Shown here piece by piece: positions 36,940 through 49,655 of a DNA stretch of 64,000 nucleotides. Every line of letters starts with the position of its first letter. Positions within the stretch are counted from its first letter, which is position 1. The position numbers and the translations under genes were made by a program. Source of the stretch: Pecten maximus (taxonomy: Eukaryota); contig NC_047015.1 of the NCBI RefSeq assembly GCF_902652985.1, positions 46,934,001-46,998,000 of the forward strand, in the 5' to 3' direction. The notes under the pieces are model-generated. The model saw nothing but the letters and a program-made list of their open reading frames with translations, was not told where the DNA came from and did no database searches.

Positions 36940-38184
36940 ATTCGGTAAAAATAAATGACACCCTCGGTCACGTGTTAAAATGACTACCGCAGGTTGTCAT
37001 TTTTACCGTTGTTTTGTAACTAGGCCCCAAAACGTCTGAAAATGTGCTATACATACTATAGGGAAGGTCCAAATACACGTAGACTGTAACAAATTCTCAG
37101 GTCTCTGTGGACCAGACTGCCGACATAGAAACAGATACCTGCATGATTTCAGACTGCACTTGATTAGCATTGCCTTGCCTCAAAGTTAGTTCTAATATCT
37201 TACAAAATACCTATTATCATTTGATCATAGGTATTTGAATGCGAGAATGAAAGTGCATGGTTTTGAAGCTTATTTTTATGACCTTGTGTCTTCAAGATGT
37301 TTGAGATCTGATGTTGGGCCTGTAGTACCATGCTGGGATGAGGGACTTAATCTTAATTGTTGGTTAGTCGATCCCTATCATCTTTTCAAAAGGTCGATTA
37401 AACATCGATAAAACATCAGAAACCTACGATGGCTGAATTGTGCCATTTCGTCCTTTCGTTTTTTCGCCCCGAAAAGACGAAAATCAAATATCTTAATTCT
37501 CGTCCTTTCGTACAAACCTTAATTTTCGTCTTTTTGGGGTGCCTGATGGTTTGTTAATTTCCGTCATTTCGGGGCGAAAAGACGAAAATAATAAACCCGA
37601 AAAGACGAGAATTAAAGTCGCTATTTTGCGTGCATTTATTTCGTCTTTTCGCATATGATGCGTCTTTTCTGGGCTAAAGACGAAATTTAATTAAACCTGC
37701 CAAAATCCATGCAAGGGGGCACTTTTATTTTTCATTTATTTTTTTTCTCTTTGATCAGATTCGAAATTGGATGGGCATAACTAGTTTGAGAAATATTCAT
37801 CCAGTACCTCAGGGAGATATATATATATAAATTTAATGGACACAACGAAGGGCCAAGTGGAACTTACAAGTGAGGTTTTAGAAATATCTCTCATTAGTAC
37901 TTCTCCAGAAATAGCGACAGCAAAGATAGTTTACGGAAGATTTGGAAGCCAACCATTAGCCGCGATAACGTAGCTCTGGACGACGGACGGACAATTTCTG
38001 ACAGATGGTCGTCAGTGTAGGTAGGGTATGAATATTAATTTGTTCTAGCCCACCATCCGATCACAGCCGTCTGCTTCTGGTTAGTATTTATTGAAAAGAC
38101 ATTAGCCCCTACTCCTACTATTTCAACAAATAGGGCTAAACAGTCTACTATTTTCCCCATAAATACTAACAAGAAGTAGACACC

Positions 38185-38412
38185 AGGGCCGTTTTTCGTT
38201 TTTTTGCGGTCCAAACGGTTGGTCCAGTTGGACCGATGTTGTTCGTTTATGAAATAAAGACGGACCTGTCGATTTCATATAGTTTCAGACGAGCCTTGAC
38301 AAAGACTCCCAAGGCCTATATTAATATTGGCAGGTCCGTCAAGATATATGTTTGAAATATTACTTTTAAAAGCTGACGAACTGGTTTGTCCGCATAAACG
38401 AACAGGCCCCTG
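38185..38412. mobile_element. MITE with about 35-bp imperfect TIRs nested in another inverted-repeat element (38046-38466)
   Basis: CAGGGCC..TTCGTTT.TGCGG.C / GTCCGCATAAACGAACAGGCCCCTG; outer TAGCCCACCATC / GATGGTGGGCTA. Confidence 0.55.
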
Positions 38413-38738
38413 TGATCAGTTGGTAAAATTTAGATGGTGGGTTGAGATCTTGATGATGGTGGGCTAACATATCTTCATTACTGTAATGAGCATACAAGAA
38501 AGAAGATTTTATGTGTTCTTAAGAAAATTGGATAATACTGTTTTTATAACGTTGGATTCAGTTATTAATAACGGGAATTCTTGGGTTTTTTTAAAGAAGG
38601 TGCAAAATATATTCCGGACTTTTGAAGGAGCACTTGCTTCTGACTATTACATACTACTTATTAAAACGAGATCACACAAGCTCTTGCTTGGGTTTGGGCA
38701 CTAAACAAAGCACCAAATATACATAGATTTTTTGGAAA

Positions 38739-41700
38739 ATGTCGACCGACGACACGGAACTAAAGGAAACAGCGAATTTGGAGGCAGTCGAAGACGCTTC
38801 ATCAGATAAAAAGACGACAGAAAACGATGAAACACTCGAAAACAAAGAACAGCAACCACCGGCTGGTGCTTCGAACACCGTTATTGAAGCAAAATCTAAA
38901 AGTAAGTTTGAAAGTGACTTTATACGCTTCTGATACTGTATCTTACCACAGGTGCCTGACTCGTTTTTATAAAATAATAACATATAGAGTACATATAAAT
39001 GAGAAAGGTTCTGAACTCCCCCAGGCTTGAAATCTGATGTATTTATTTCTAAGTACCGTAGCTTCGGTTGTATTGGGTGGATTTTTTCGAAGTAGGACTT
39101 AAATTGAAGAGAAATGGTCAATCTTTAAAATAAGCCATAACATGTTGTCGATTTCTCGATATTAGTTTACGAAATCGGGCGTGAAACTTCAAAATCCCCT
39201 CGATTTTGTTTAGTCGGACAAGTTGACGTAACGGGGTCACCACACTTTGACTCTATTGGACATAGTTTTAAATACGAAGTCCACGGGTTAATCACGAGGT
39301 ACGCTTCATCAGATCACCGAATACAACTATTACATACACTTACTTTATGTATACGAGCACCCTATCGACGGCCCCGGGACTTTTTATGCATACTGATAGC
39401 AGATTTTCCACCAATCGCAACTTCTCGTACAATTCCGTCAAAGCTCGTCAAAGCTAGTCCAATAGAGTCAAAGTGTGGTGACCCCGTTACGTCAACTTGT
39501 CCGACTAAACAAAATCGAGGGGATTTTGAAGTTTCACGCCCGATTTCGTAAACTAATATCGAGAAATCGACAACATGTTATGGCTTATTTTAAAGATTGA
39601 CCATTTCTCTTCAATTTAAGTCCTACTTCGAAAAAATCCACCCAATACAACCGAAGCTACGGTACTTAGAAATAAATACATCAGATTTCAAGCCTGGGGG
39701 AGTTCAGAACCTTTCTCATTTATATGTACTCTATATGTTATTATTTTATAAAAACGAGTCAGGCACCTGTGATCTTACGATGGCCGATATCAGCCGTCAC
39801 GTTACTCGCATTTATGTGATGCGAGTAACCTGACATAGGCTGAATTACTTGACATGTTACTCTCATGTGATGCGAGAAACCTGACATAGTAAACATCACA
39901 TGACGGGTTACTCTCATGTGATGCGAGTAACCTGACATAGGCAAAATCACTTGACAGGTTACTAGCGTGTGATGCGAGTAACTGTACACAGTCGCAAAGG
40001 AGATGGCTGTACACTTACAAAACCCATTAACATTCCAGTGTATAGTTTTACTAGACCTTTCAAAGAGGCTATCATGGCGACAGTCGAATATCTACGCAAT
40101 TTTGTTTAAACCGGTTTTACAATGGAGCTCGTGTAGTCTAGTCAATTCATGATTTGACCACAGACTAATTGCAACAGAATTTCTTTTTAATTTTTCCTGT
40201 AGATTTGCATATTTATGTGGTAGAAAAATTTCTCCGAAAATCTAAATTGGGGGAAATGGTTTTATTCACCAAAAAGAATTGAGGAAATAAGAGAAATTGC
40301 TTAATTGGCCAAATTTGAAGCCCAATATAATACTCTTGAGTGACATTGGACAAGAGATTTTGTATGCAACACAAATAATCAAAGATAGGTTTTAATTTGC
40401 TATGTTATTGTGAAGCATGTGTTAACCCTGGAATGTTAATGGGTTTGCATGTGTATTGTCACCTACTTCAATATGTTGCGAACAATTACCCGTATCACAT
40501 GGGAGTAACCCGTCATGTGATTTTTAATATGTCAGGTTACTCGCATCACATGAGAGTAACCTGTCATGTGAATTTTACTATGTCAGGTTACTCGCATCAT
40601 ATAAATGGGAGTAACTTGACGGCTGATATCGGCCATCGTAGTATCTGGAGCAGAGGTTGAACGGTTAAAACGAGCAATGCCTGGAACAAACAGAGACCTA
40701 TAGGCCTATACTAAATTAATATAGGTCTCTGGAACAAACAAGCGTTGAAACCTTTCATAACCATCATTATTAACAAACAATGAGCTCTCATAAAGGTAGT
40801 AATCATCGATTGTGCTATTTATCATTTTTCTAACATTTAAAAAAATATAAAGCGTCATAATTATTTAAAAAAAAGAATACATTTAATTTCAAATTTGTAG
40901 TTCAGTCTGAACTTCATGGGAAAACACCACAAGGTTTTGATACTGCTTTCGTAACAATCACTCAAGCATATCATATAAATGAAGTTTTTAGAAAGAGGAC
41001 CATTCTGATGTACCAGAGTTATACATAGAGAATACATAGTCAGTGCCTTAAAAAAAAATATATAAGCTGTATTTTGGCGAGGGTAAAGAAAGACAAATGT
41101 CTTTCTGACCCGAGCCAAAAATACAGCTTTTTTTAAGACACTTAGTCACTTACCATGTATTCTATTTATCATGCAACAGTAATAAAAAATAAGCATTTTT
41201 AAGTGAAACAGTATCATCACTCTCCCAAATATGTCTTTTAAATGTTGTTCCACTTGGAAGTACAAATTGACGCACATGCCAAGATTCTAAAATACAGCTG
41301 TTTTTCATCACTGCTGTATACAGCAAAATATATATGGTGGGTGTATTCCGACAATGCGGTGCCATTTGCTGGAAACATCCTTAGGGGAAGCGGAACAGAT
41401 TTTGCATAAATAGTGGCTCTGACCCCAAAGGGGTGGGGCCCAATAGGGGAAATAGAGGTAATTCCTTTAAATCGCTACTAGTTATTAAGTTATGAATGGA
41501 TTTGAACCCAATTTGGTCAGAAACATCCTTGGAGGAAGGGGAACAGATTTTGCATAAATGGTGGCTCTGACCCCGGAAGGGCCAAAGGGGCGGGGCCCAA
41601 TAAAGGAAATATAGGTAATTCCTTTAAATCGCTACTAGTTATGAATGGATTTGAACCCAATTTGGTCAGAAACATCCTTGGGGGAAGGGGAACAGATTTT

Positions 41701-44395
41701 GCATCAATGGTGACTCTGATCCCAAAGGGGCCAAAGGGGCGGGGCCCAAAAAAGGAAAAAGAGGTAATTCCTTTAAATCGCTACTAGTCATAAAGTGATG
41801 AATGCATGTTCTAAAAACAATTCTTGAGATCTTTCAGACCTTAGAGAGTCTGGACTTCATTAATCTTTAAAGCAGTTAGGATTCCCACACTATAACCATA
41901 TATAGCATTGTTTGAGATTTACAAATAAAACAAATTGAATATGAACAATATTTTGACATTTGGTCTAATCCAACCAGGTGAGCGATACAGGCCCCATGGG
42001 CCTCTTGTTTCAAATATTTTTTTTTATTGGGTTACCAGGGTTTTTTAAAGATTTTTTTATTGGGTTACCAAAACAGGATTGGAAAAATCTGTTTTTCTAT
42101 CAAATTATGTAATATTTACTTGGTTTCTTTCAAACCTAGGATATTAGCATTAAGGCGGAAAGGGATGGCATTTGAAAATGAACTTTTTTATCATTTAAAT
42201 TTTATTGATTTTCAACACAACTGAATTACATCACATATTAAACACGTAATACATTATGGATATGTATGTATTGTACAATGTGAACAAGTGTATACCCCTA
42301 CAAATATGACCACAATTTACTGAGCACAGACTCTGCTTTTGGTATGGTATTATGGACACAAATGGAAATAAAGATGTGATAATGTAAACAATCAAAAACA
42401 CCCTTTTTTTGTAAGTAGTTTAACTGTTATTGAAATTAGAATTATTGTTAGAAATATTGGGATCATTTTTATGATTCAATTAGGAATATGTCCCCATCTC
42501 TTCATTACCATAATGAATTATTTCAGACTAATAATACTCTAAAAGAAGATCCTAAAATGCCCTTGATTTACAATTATCTTTTGCAATGATAGCTAGAATG
42601 GAGGCATCTGATTAGTCAAAAGTTTTTCTAAATAACTCTACACTCTGAACTGCTTGTGTGTATCCATGAAAAGGCGAAAATGTGTATAAAACAACATTAA
42701 GACAAAATAGACATACAAATTTATACCATGGTTACTAGAATGGCAACATTAGATAATTCAGAATTTAGCCATTTTGTGATAAATCTGATAATTTGTAGGG
42801 CACTTAAGGGATGGTGAGTACAACTGTTACTTTTTTGCTTGATCTCTTGACAAGATGGAGGTCTCCGATTGGTTGAAAGCTTCTGGATTATTGCCTGTGG
42901 GGTGTATTGACAGTTAGCATTATTGTGAAGTAAAGTGAGTGGCTCATGCTAACAGCAGGGATACACAGTCAATAGGTAACTGAGATCTGCTCAGAGTTAT
43001 ATCTTATTTAATGGACTGTTTCCTATTTCAGTTGATGTGTTGTTAAAACCAGCTGGTGATGCCCCAATCATGAAAAAGAAGAGATGGGCTGTAGAAAGAA
43101 ACAAGAGAGTGAGCTGGATCAGTGAATTCATCAAGAAATATCTTAAGCTGGATCCAAAGAATCTATGGTATGATGGTTTAGTTTGTCAAGATAATGCCAA
43201 GTAATCATTTACTTGTTAGTTCATCTGACCGGTAAACTTTTCACATTTCAAACTTCTCAAGTTCAATTTGTTGGATTTAGCTCTTACTTACCTGAAGTAA
43301 TCCTGAGATGGTCCTGATCAAGTGTGTCATTTTTCGGGTCCGTCCGAAATCCAAGATGGCTGTCATGGCTGCCATCTTGATTTTTTTTTTTTTTTTAAAG
43401 TTCTTCTCTAGTTCCATTGATACATTGAGCTGAAAATTGGTAGGTATGTTAAGGAAGGGAAGCCAACAAAGTGTTGTTAGCTCACCTATCTGAAGGATAA
43501 AGGGGCCCAATAGGGAAAATATTGCAAAAACAAAAAAAAAAACTCTGAAATCTTCTTTTCATTGGAAAGCGATAGGGTTTGGTCCACATTTGGTGAAATC
43601 TTCTTTTCATTGGAAAGCGATAGGGTTTGGTCCACATTTGGTATGAACCGTTGTTGGGAGAGGTAGTAAAAAATGTAGGAAAAAGTATTTTGCCATGATT
43701 ACTGAAATATCCAGGTGAGAGATGGAGACCCTCTGCGCTTTTTGTTTTTACCTTAACATATATAATGTACTTTTATTTGATCCACCTTTTGACTGCGGTC
43801 AATGTGAAGTGTGAACATGATGATCAAAATAACTGAAACAAATACAAAGCACTTATTGGGCATTTTGTGACAAACTGCTGCCATATTGTGATAATCTGTC
43901 ATTACACTGACTGTTGTTTTTTTTCAGTTTCTGTATGTTCATCAATCCTTCGCCCCTTCACCAGACACCGAAATAGGCACAGTATTTGATGTGAGTATTT
44001 AGTCAAGGTAACTTTCTAATGAGAACACTGTTCAATGTCTGCCACCTGTTATTTAAAAAAGTTAAAACCTAGAAGATTACAATTGTATTGTAGTTTCTAA
44101 TTGGTAAATACACACAACCTTGTTTTTTGTTTGTTTGTTTGTTTTTTTTTTTCTGAAGGACAAAAGGACATTTTATAACTGACTCTTATTTCTGATTAGT
44201 GTATGATATAAATTGGCTCGCAAGCAGGTATGGATGACATTTAACTGGATAAAGTCATGCGTGTCAGACAAAACTTAATAATTTGAAAGATTTTGTTGAA
44301 GGCAGACATAATATTGCTTTGTTTTGCTATTTCAGTGTTTTGGAAGTGATGGCAAACTAGTGGTACACTACTGTAGGACGCAAGCTTGGGGATAA
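38739..44395 (+). CDS. ATG12: Ubiquitin-like protein ATG12 (apparent 1-nt frameshift at the end of exon 2)
   Basis: Exons 38739-38901, 43032-43167, 43928-43990, 44336-44395. IDVLLKPAGDAPIMKKKRWAV, FLYVHQSFAPSPD, CFGSDGKLVVHYCRTQAWG* with terminal Gly. Confidence 0.94.
38947..39771. mobile_element. Foldback non-autonomous DNA transposon (P/Galileo-like)
   Basis: 315-bp inverted arms at 38947-39261 and 39457-39771, CACAG...CTGTG ends, 7-bp TSD ATCTTAC. Confidence 0.88.
39778..40638. mobile_element. TA-flanked foldback/MITE with internally repetitive long TIRs
   Basis: TA|CGATGGCCGATATCAGCCGTCA...TGACGGCTGATATCGGCCATCG|TA. About 50-bp subrepeats GTTACTCTCATGTGATGCGAGTAACCTGACATA in both arms. 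Confidence 0.85.
40691..40731. mobile_element. 41-bp minimal P-like element
   Basis: 12-bp TIR CAGAGACCTATA / TATAGGTCTCTG, 7-bp TSD GAACAAA. Confidence 0.7.
41368..42008 (-). mobile_element. Truncated Pearl/HINE (Helentron-type) element with about 150-bp internal tandem repeats
   Basis: Reverse complement of the head and repeats at 48721 and 52591. Confidence 0.85.
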
Positions 44396-47300
44396 TATAG
44401 GCCTACACTACATTGATTACTAAGCAGGAATTCCAATTTGTGTTCTGTGTGGTTGAATATGAATAACTACAGCTGGCTGTGAAATAAGTATGAAGCATGC
44501 TTAACAAATGACATGGTGTTTTACTGAACATGCCATTCATGTTTAAATGTACTAATGTTGAATTATTATCACTGGAAAAAAATTATTTGTTTGGTTTTTA
44601 GCTCACCTGCCCAAAGGTCAAGTGAGCTTTTGCTCTGGTGTGGCATCCGTCTGCGATCTGATGTCCACTTTTCCTTAAAACAACTCGGTATCCATTAAGC
44701 ACAGAGACCTAATATTTGTCCTGTGGCATGCTGTGGTGAAGGGCTACCAAGTTTATTCAAATAAATGACCTTGGCCTACATTCAAGGTCACATGGGTTAA
44801 ATAAATATAGGCTAAAATCTTTAAACAATGATTTCTGGATAGCCAAGAGACTCCAAGACCTGATATTATGCAAATAGTATGTTGGAATGAAGGACTAGAA
44901 AATTTATTGACTTGAATAATTCTAGGATACACTGATGTTTAATATAAAGTGGTAATCAGCTTAGAATCTGCAGAAATGACCTTTATCAGCTTCAACGCTG
45001 CTGTAGAATTAGGTGAGTGACACAGGCCTACTAGGCCTCTTATATCATAAACCATCACGTTATCAAATAAATCATGAAATTTAAGAGGAAATTACATTTC
45101 TCTTTCTAGTGAATTGCCTAATGCAGAGCAAGCCATTATTTTTAAAGATTTGTATAAACGAGTGAATGCAATCTTTGAAGTATTCAAACTGTCCAATGAT
45201 CACAGAAAAGATGCTTTTCATCGGCTAATGTTTAACTTAGTAAATACATGTATAAAAGAGTGTCTAATACCAAACATTTATTAGAATAAAGTCATGTATA
45301 TGAAAAATAACTTTATAATCCATATTATCAATGCAGAAATTTTCTATCAATGGTAATTATTTAGTTCTTAAAATGATGAAGATCATTTGATATACCGTAT
45401 ACATGAACTGTTTGTGTTTGGTTTCAGCAGAATCATGTGTATGTTTTTTTTACTGTGATATTATTTAAGAGAGCAAGTTCTTTTTTGTTTGTAAATGAGT
45501 GTTGAAAGAAAACGGATGTGTTTTGTTGTTAGATCAAGTTTAATAATTATGATGGATAAGTCACAGGAATCAAGTGCTAGACAAGTATCTGTATTGAACT
45601 TCATGTTACAACAATTATGAAACAAGATCTACATTAACTTTTTAGCAAGCAATCATCAGATGGAGGGCTATTTTATGGGATATGTCAGTAAACAATCCTT
45701 TGTTATTGTTTTTTCCTAGGAAGAGATGGAAGGATATATTTCTTCAATTGCATATGTAGCTTTCCTTGGTCCCTAGTTGTGCTCATTAATTTTGAGTCTG
45801 ATCGGGAAAACATGGCTGGCATGACAGGTGACTATCTTTGATTTTGACAGATGAAGTTTGTTTTTGAGTACTGTTTCTTGAGAAGTCCTGAAAGGATATT
45901 TCTCAAACTTCACATGTAGATTCCTCTTGGTCCCTAGTTGTGCCCATTCATTTTTTAGAGTGATTGGGAAAACAAAATGGCTGACAGACAACCATTTTTT
46001 TATTTTGACAGTTGAACTTTGTTATCGCTGCTAGTATTTCTTGAGAAACTACTGGTTCATAAAAGAAAAAAAATGAGGAAGAAGGGAAAATAATCTTTCT
46101 TACATTGAACTTATTCAGAGAGAGTGCAGGGGGTCTTAATGTGAGAGGTACTCAAATGACTTACTGTGTATGATTGTGTCTCAGAAATTTACCAAACAAG
46201 AATTATTCGTAATCATGTCTTGCCTGTCCTGCTTTGTCAGCATGGTAGGTTTTAAGTAAACTCCAAAATTGACTAAACTTTCTGCATTTTAACAACCCAA
46301 AGGACCTAAATATTGAGACATTGTGAAAGAAATAAGAAATTTTTGCAAAATCACCTAAATATGACATTTCCCCCCTAAAAATCACTATTCCCTAAAACTG
46401 AAAAGGAAATACATCTGTTATGCATGTATTACAGAATGTGTTCCAGTTTGGCGATAACTAATTTGTAAGTGAATTGTAAAAATCATGTCCATACTACAAT
46501 GTAACTATGCACCAGGTTTGGTTGGAATAACACCGATACTTTTTAAGAAACTGAACTGAACACAAAACTTCACTCTAGATTCCCAGCATTCCTAATTTCC
46601 AGAGTCAATGGACCATAAGTTCTGAATGTATTCCATAAATGAAGGGTGTGTTCAGATATCCCCTACTGATATAACAGTACTATTATGCTTTTTGAGCAAT
46701 GGATAGTAAATGCAAAACTTTTAAGTAAGATGTTGACAGATAAGTGACACCAGTCTCTCCTCAATGACTTTTCATCACAGGCAAGACAGAAAATATACCT
46801 ACCTGTTCTGAAGGTAAACGAAGATTATAACATGAATTTGTGGAAATTGTGACCATAAATTCATGAAACAAACAAATGCAAAAGCATATGGCATGCTGGA
46901 ACCATCTCACCTGTAATGAAGTCACAAAGCGAGACTATGGTGTTGCTTTTTCAGCAATGATGGCAGCGCTGTCATAATTGTATTTAGATCTGTTGCTCAA
47001 AAATATAAGTCCAACTGAAACCAAACTTGGTATATAGTTAGGTTATATAATTGATATCTCAACACAGTCTTCCTTTATGCAATATCATACAGAATTTCCA
47101 AAGTTATTTCAAACAAACCCGGAATATAATTGAATTTTGCTTAAAACTGACAATACTGACAAAGCAGGACAGAGGAGACATGTAATTAGATGTGATTTGT
47201 GTGTAACTAATGCTTTAGCATATTGTCTACAATGCATTGTTGATATCAACATTGTATACATGACAAGGGCAACAGGATACCAGGGAAAATCATCCCCTTG

Positions 47301-48720
47301 ATGGCGGGGCAGATCTCAGCCTCCCTACATTCTTCTGACTGCTAATTTAGTAACCAATGAGAATAAGAAGGCAATTCTGAATAAATTTTCCAATCCTGCA
47401 AACAAATTATGTTAAAGATGCATGGTCATGTTGACATTACAATTACAGGGGAAATGTCTCCCCTCGTTGTAATGGATAATATAGATATAGAGTGCTGTTG
47501 AATAATGTGATTTTAGAAGTTAGTTTATGCCACAAAATAATTAGTAGTAACACAAACATAATTCATTAATTATTGTGTATTTCTTTCATGATTTAAGAAA
47601 GAAAGGGAGATAATTTGATAAATACATTTAGTTATAGTTCAGAACAAAATATAAAAAAAAAAAGTTACTTTTGTATCCATTAGACCATTTTGAGTTACAT
47701 TTTGTCTTGGACTCAACAAAATCATATTTTATTCAAGTCTTTTAAATAAAAATTTAATCCTTCAGATTTATTAAAAAAATATATTGCATCAATTTTACTT
47801 CTAAAAATGTTAAACTTGACTGGTCTACTGAATGTCCTGTTCAATTACAAGTTATTTATGGCAGTTACATGTAAACTAGTTGGTGTGATAATTTTGACCT
47901 GTCTGTAAAGGCAACCTGTCTATAGTGACTGTTTTTCTTCCTCCCCTTGGGCGGTCTTTATAGACAGGTTTGACTGTAAATTCTAGGTTCATATATGTAT
48001 ATTGTACTCGCATCACTTTTCACTTTGTAGAATAAGTTAAAAAGATTTTGCCATGAGTTACCTATACTTGTGATACATGTGGCCCACAAAGTATCACACA
48101 CTAAATAATGAATGATCAATAAAATAGTGTATTGTTTATGCTTGATAATTATGTATCTGTATCTGTACTGTGTGTTAAAGAAGTGTAAAAAGCTTATACG
48201 TGTAAATGGAAAGTTGAACAGTTAGCATATGAGAGGTGAGGAAAGTAACAGTATCTGTATGTCAGAGATTGGTAATTACAGTTGTAGGAGAGAGAAAATG
48301 GAACTGAAAATAATGCAATAAAAGAACAAATGAATTAAAATTTGCTATAATGGTTTTTGTCCTTTTTAGAAGTGTCCATTGCGTTTCATCCGTCGTCATG
48401 TGTTGTGCGTAAGCTTTTACTTTCAAATTGCTTTGGGGGGGGGGGGGGGGGGGGGGGGGAAATACTACAATATCATATCTTAATTTTTTGAGAAAACTAA
48501 ACATGAACTTGCTGATAATTATAATTATACTAACATGTTGGATATCATCTATGCAAAGCAAGAAGTTACATTTTTGAATACAGTAGGAGGGGGGGGGGGG
48601 ACGTTATGTTTTTTAGTAAGAACATGCTCTTTTTACATAAAAGCAAAATTTTCCACAATATGGCTTATCAAAATGTGGCACTTCTACTAAACAATTCCCT
48701 TAAAGTTTAAAATTTTTAGA

Positions 48721-49655
48721 ACAAGAGGTCCAAGGGGCCTGTATCGCTCACCTGGTTGGATTTGACCAAATGTCTAAGTAATATTATAATCTTCAATTCG
48801 TTTGATTTGTCAATCTCAAACAATGCTATATATGGTTATAGTATGGGGAATCCAACTGCTTTAAAGAAATAACGAAGTCCAGACTCTCTAAGTTTACAAC
48901 ATGCATTCATTACTTTATGACTAGCAGCGATTTAAAGGAAATACCTTTATTTCCCCTCTGGGGCCCCACCCCTTTGGCCCCTTTAGGGTCAAAGCCATCA
49001 TTAATGCAAAATCTGTTTCGCTTTCCCTAAGGATGTTTCTGACAAATTGGGTTCAAATCCATTCATAACTTTATGATGAGTAGCGAATTAAAGAAATTAC
49101 TTCTATTTCCCCTATTGGGCCCCGCCCCTCAGGCCCCTTTGTGGTCACAGTCACCATTTACCGTATGCAAAATCTGTTCCCCTTCCCCCAAGGATGTTCT
49201 GACTAAATTGGGTTCAAATCCATTCATAACATTATGACTAGTAGCGATTTAAAGGTTTTACATCTATTTCCCCTATTGGGCCCCCGCCCCTTTGGCCCCT
49301 TGGGGGTCAGAGTCACCATTTATGCAAAATCTTATCCCCTTCCCCCAAGAATGTTTCTGACCAAATTGGGTTCAAATCCATTCATAACTTTATGACTAGT
49401 AGCGATTTAAAGAAATTACTTCTATTTCCCCTATTGGGCCCTGCCCCTCGGGCCCCTTTGGGGTCAGAGTCACCATTTATGCAAAATATGATCCCCTTCT
49501 GCCAAGGATGTTTCAGAACAAATTTGGGCAAAATCCAATAAGAACTTTTTAACTAGTAGCGATTTGAAGCAAATGTTGACGGACGACGGACGGACGGACG
49601 GACGGACGCCGCACCTGACATAAGCTCACTGGACCTTCGTTCCAGGTGAGCTAAA
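48721..49655 (+). mobile_element. Full Pearl/HINE (Helentron-type) element
   Basis: ACAAGAGG...GCTCACCTGG head, about 4 repeats of about 155 bp, (GGAC)n microsatellite, terminal hairpin AGCTCAC...GTGAGCT followed by an A-run. Confidence 0.88.

Noticed and set aside
39301-39314. 14-bp match (ACGCTTCATCAGAT) between the foldback spacer and ATG12 exon 1
   Set aside because: Too short to distinguish gene-fragment capture from chance without other copies of the element.
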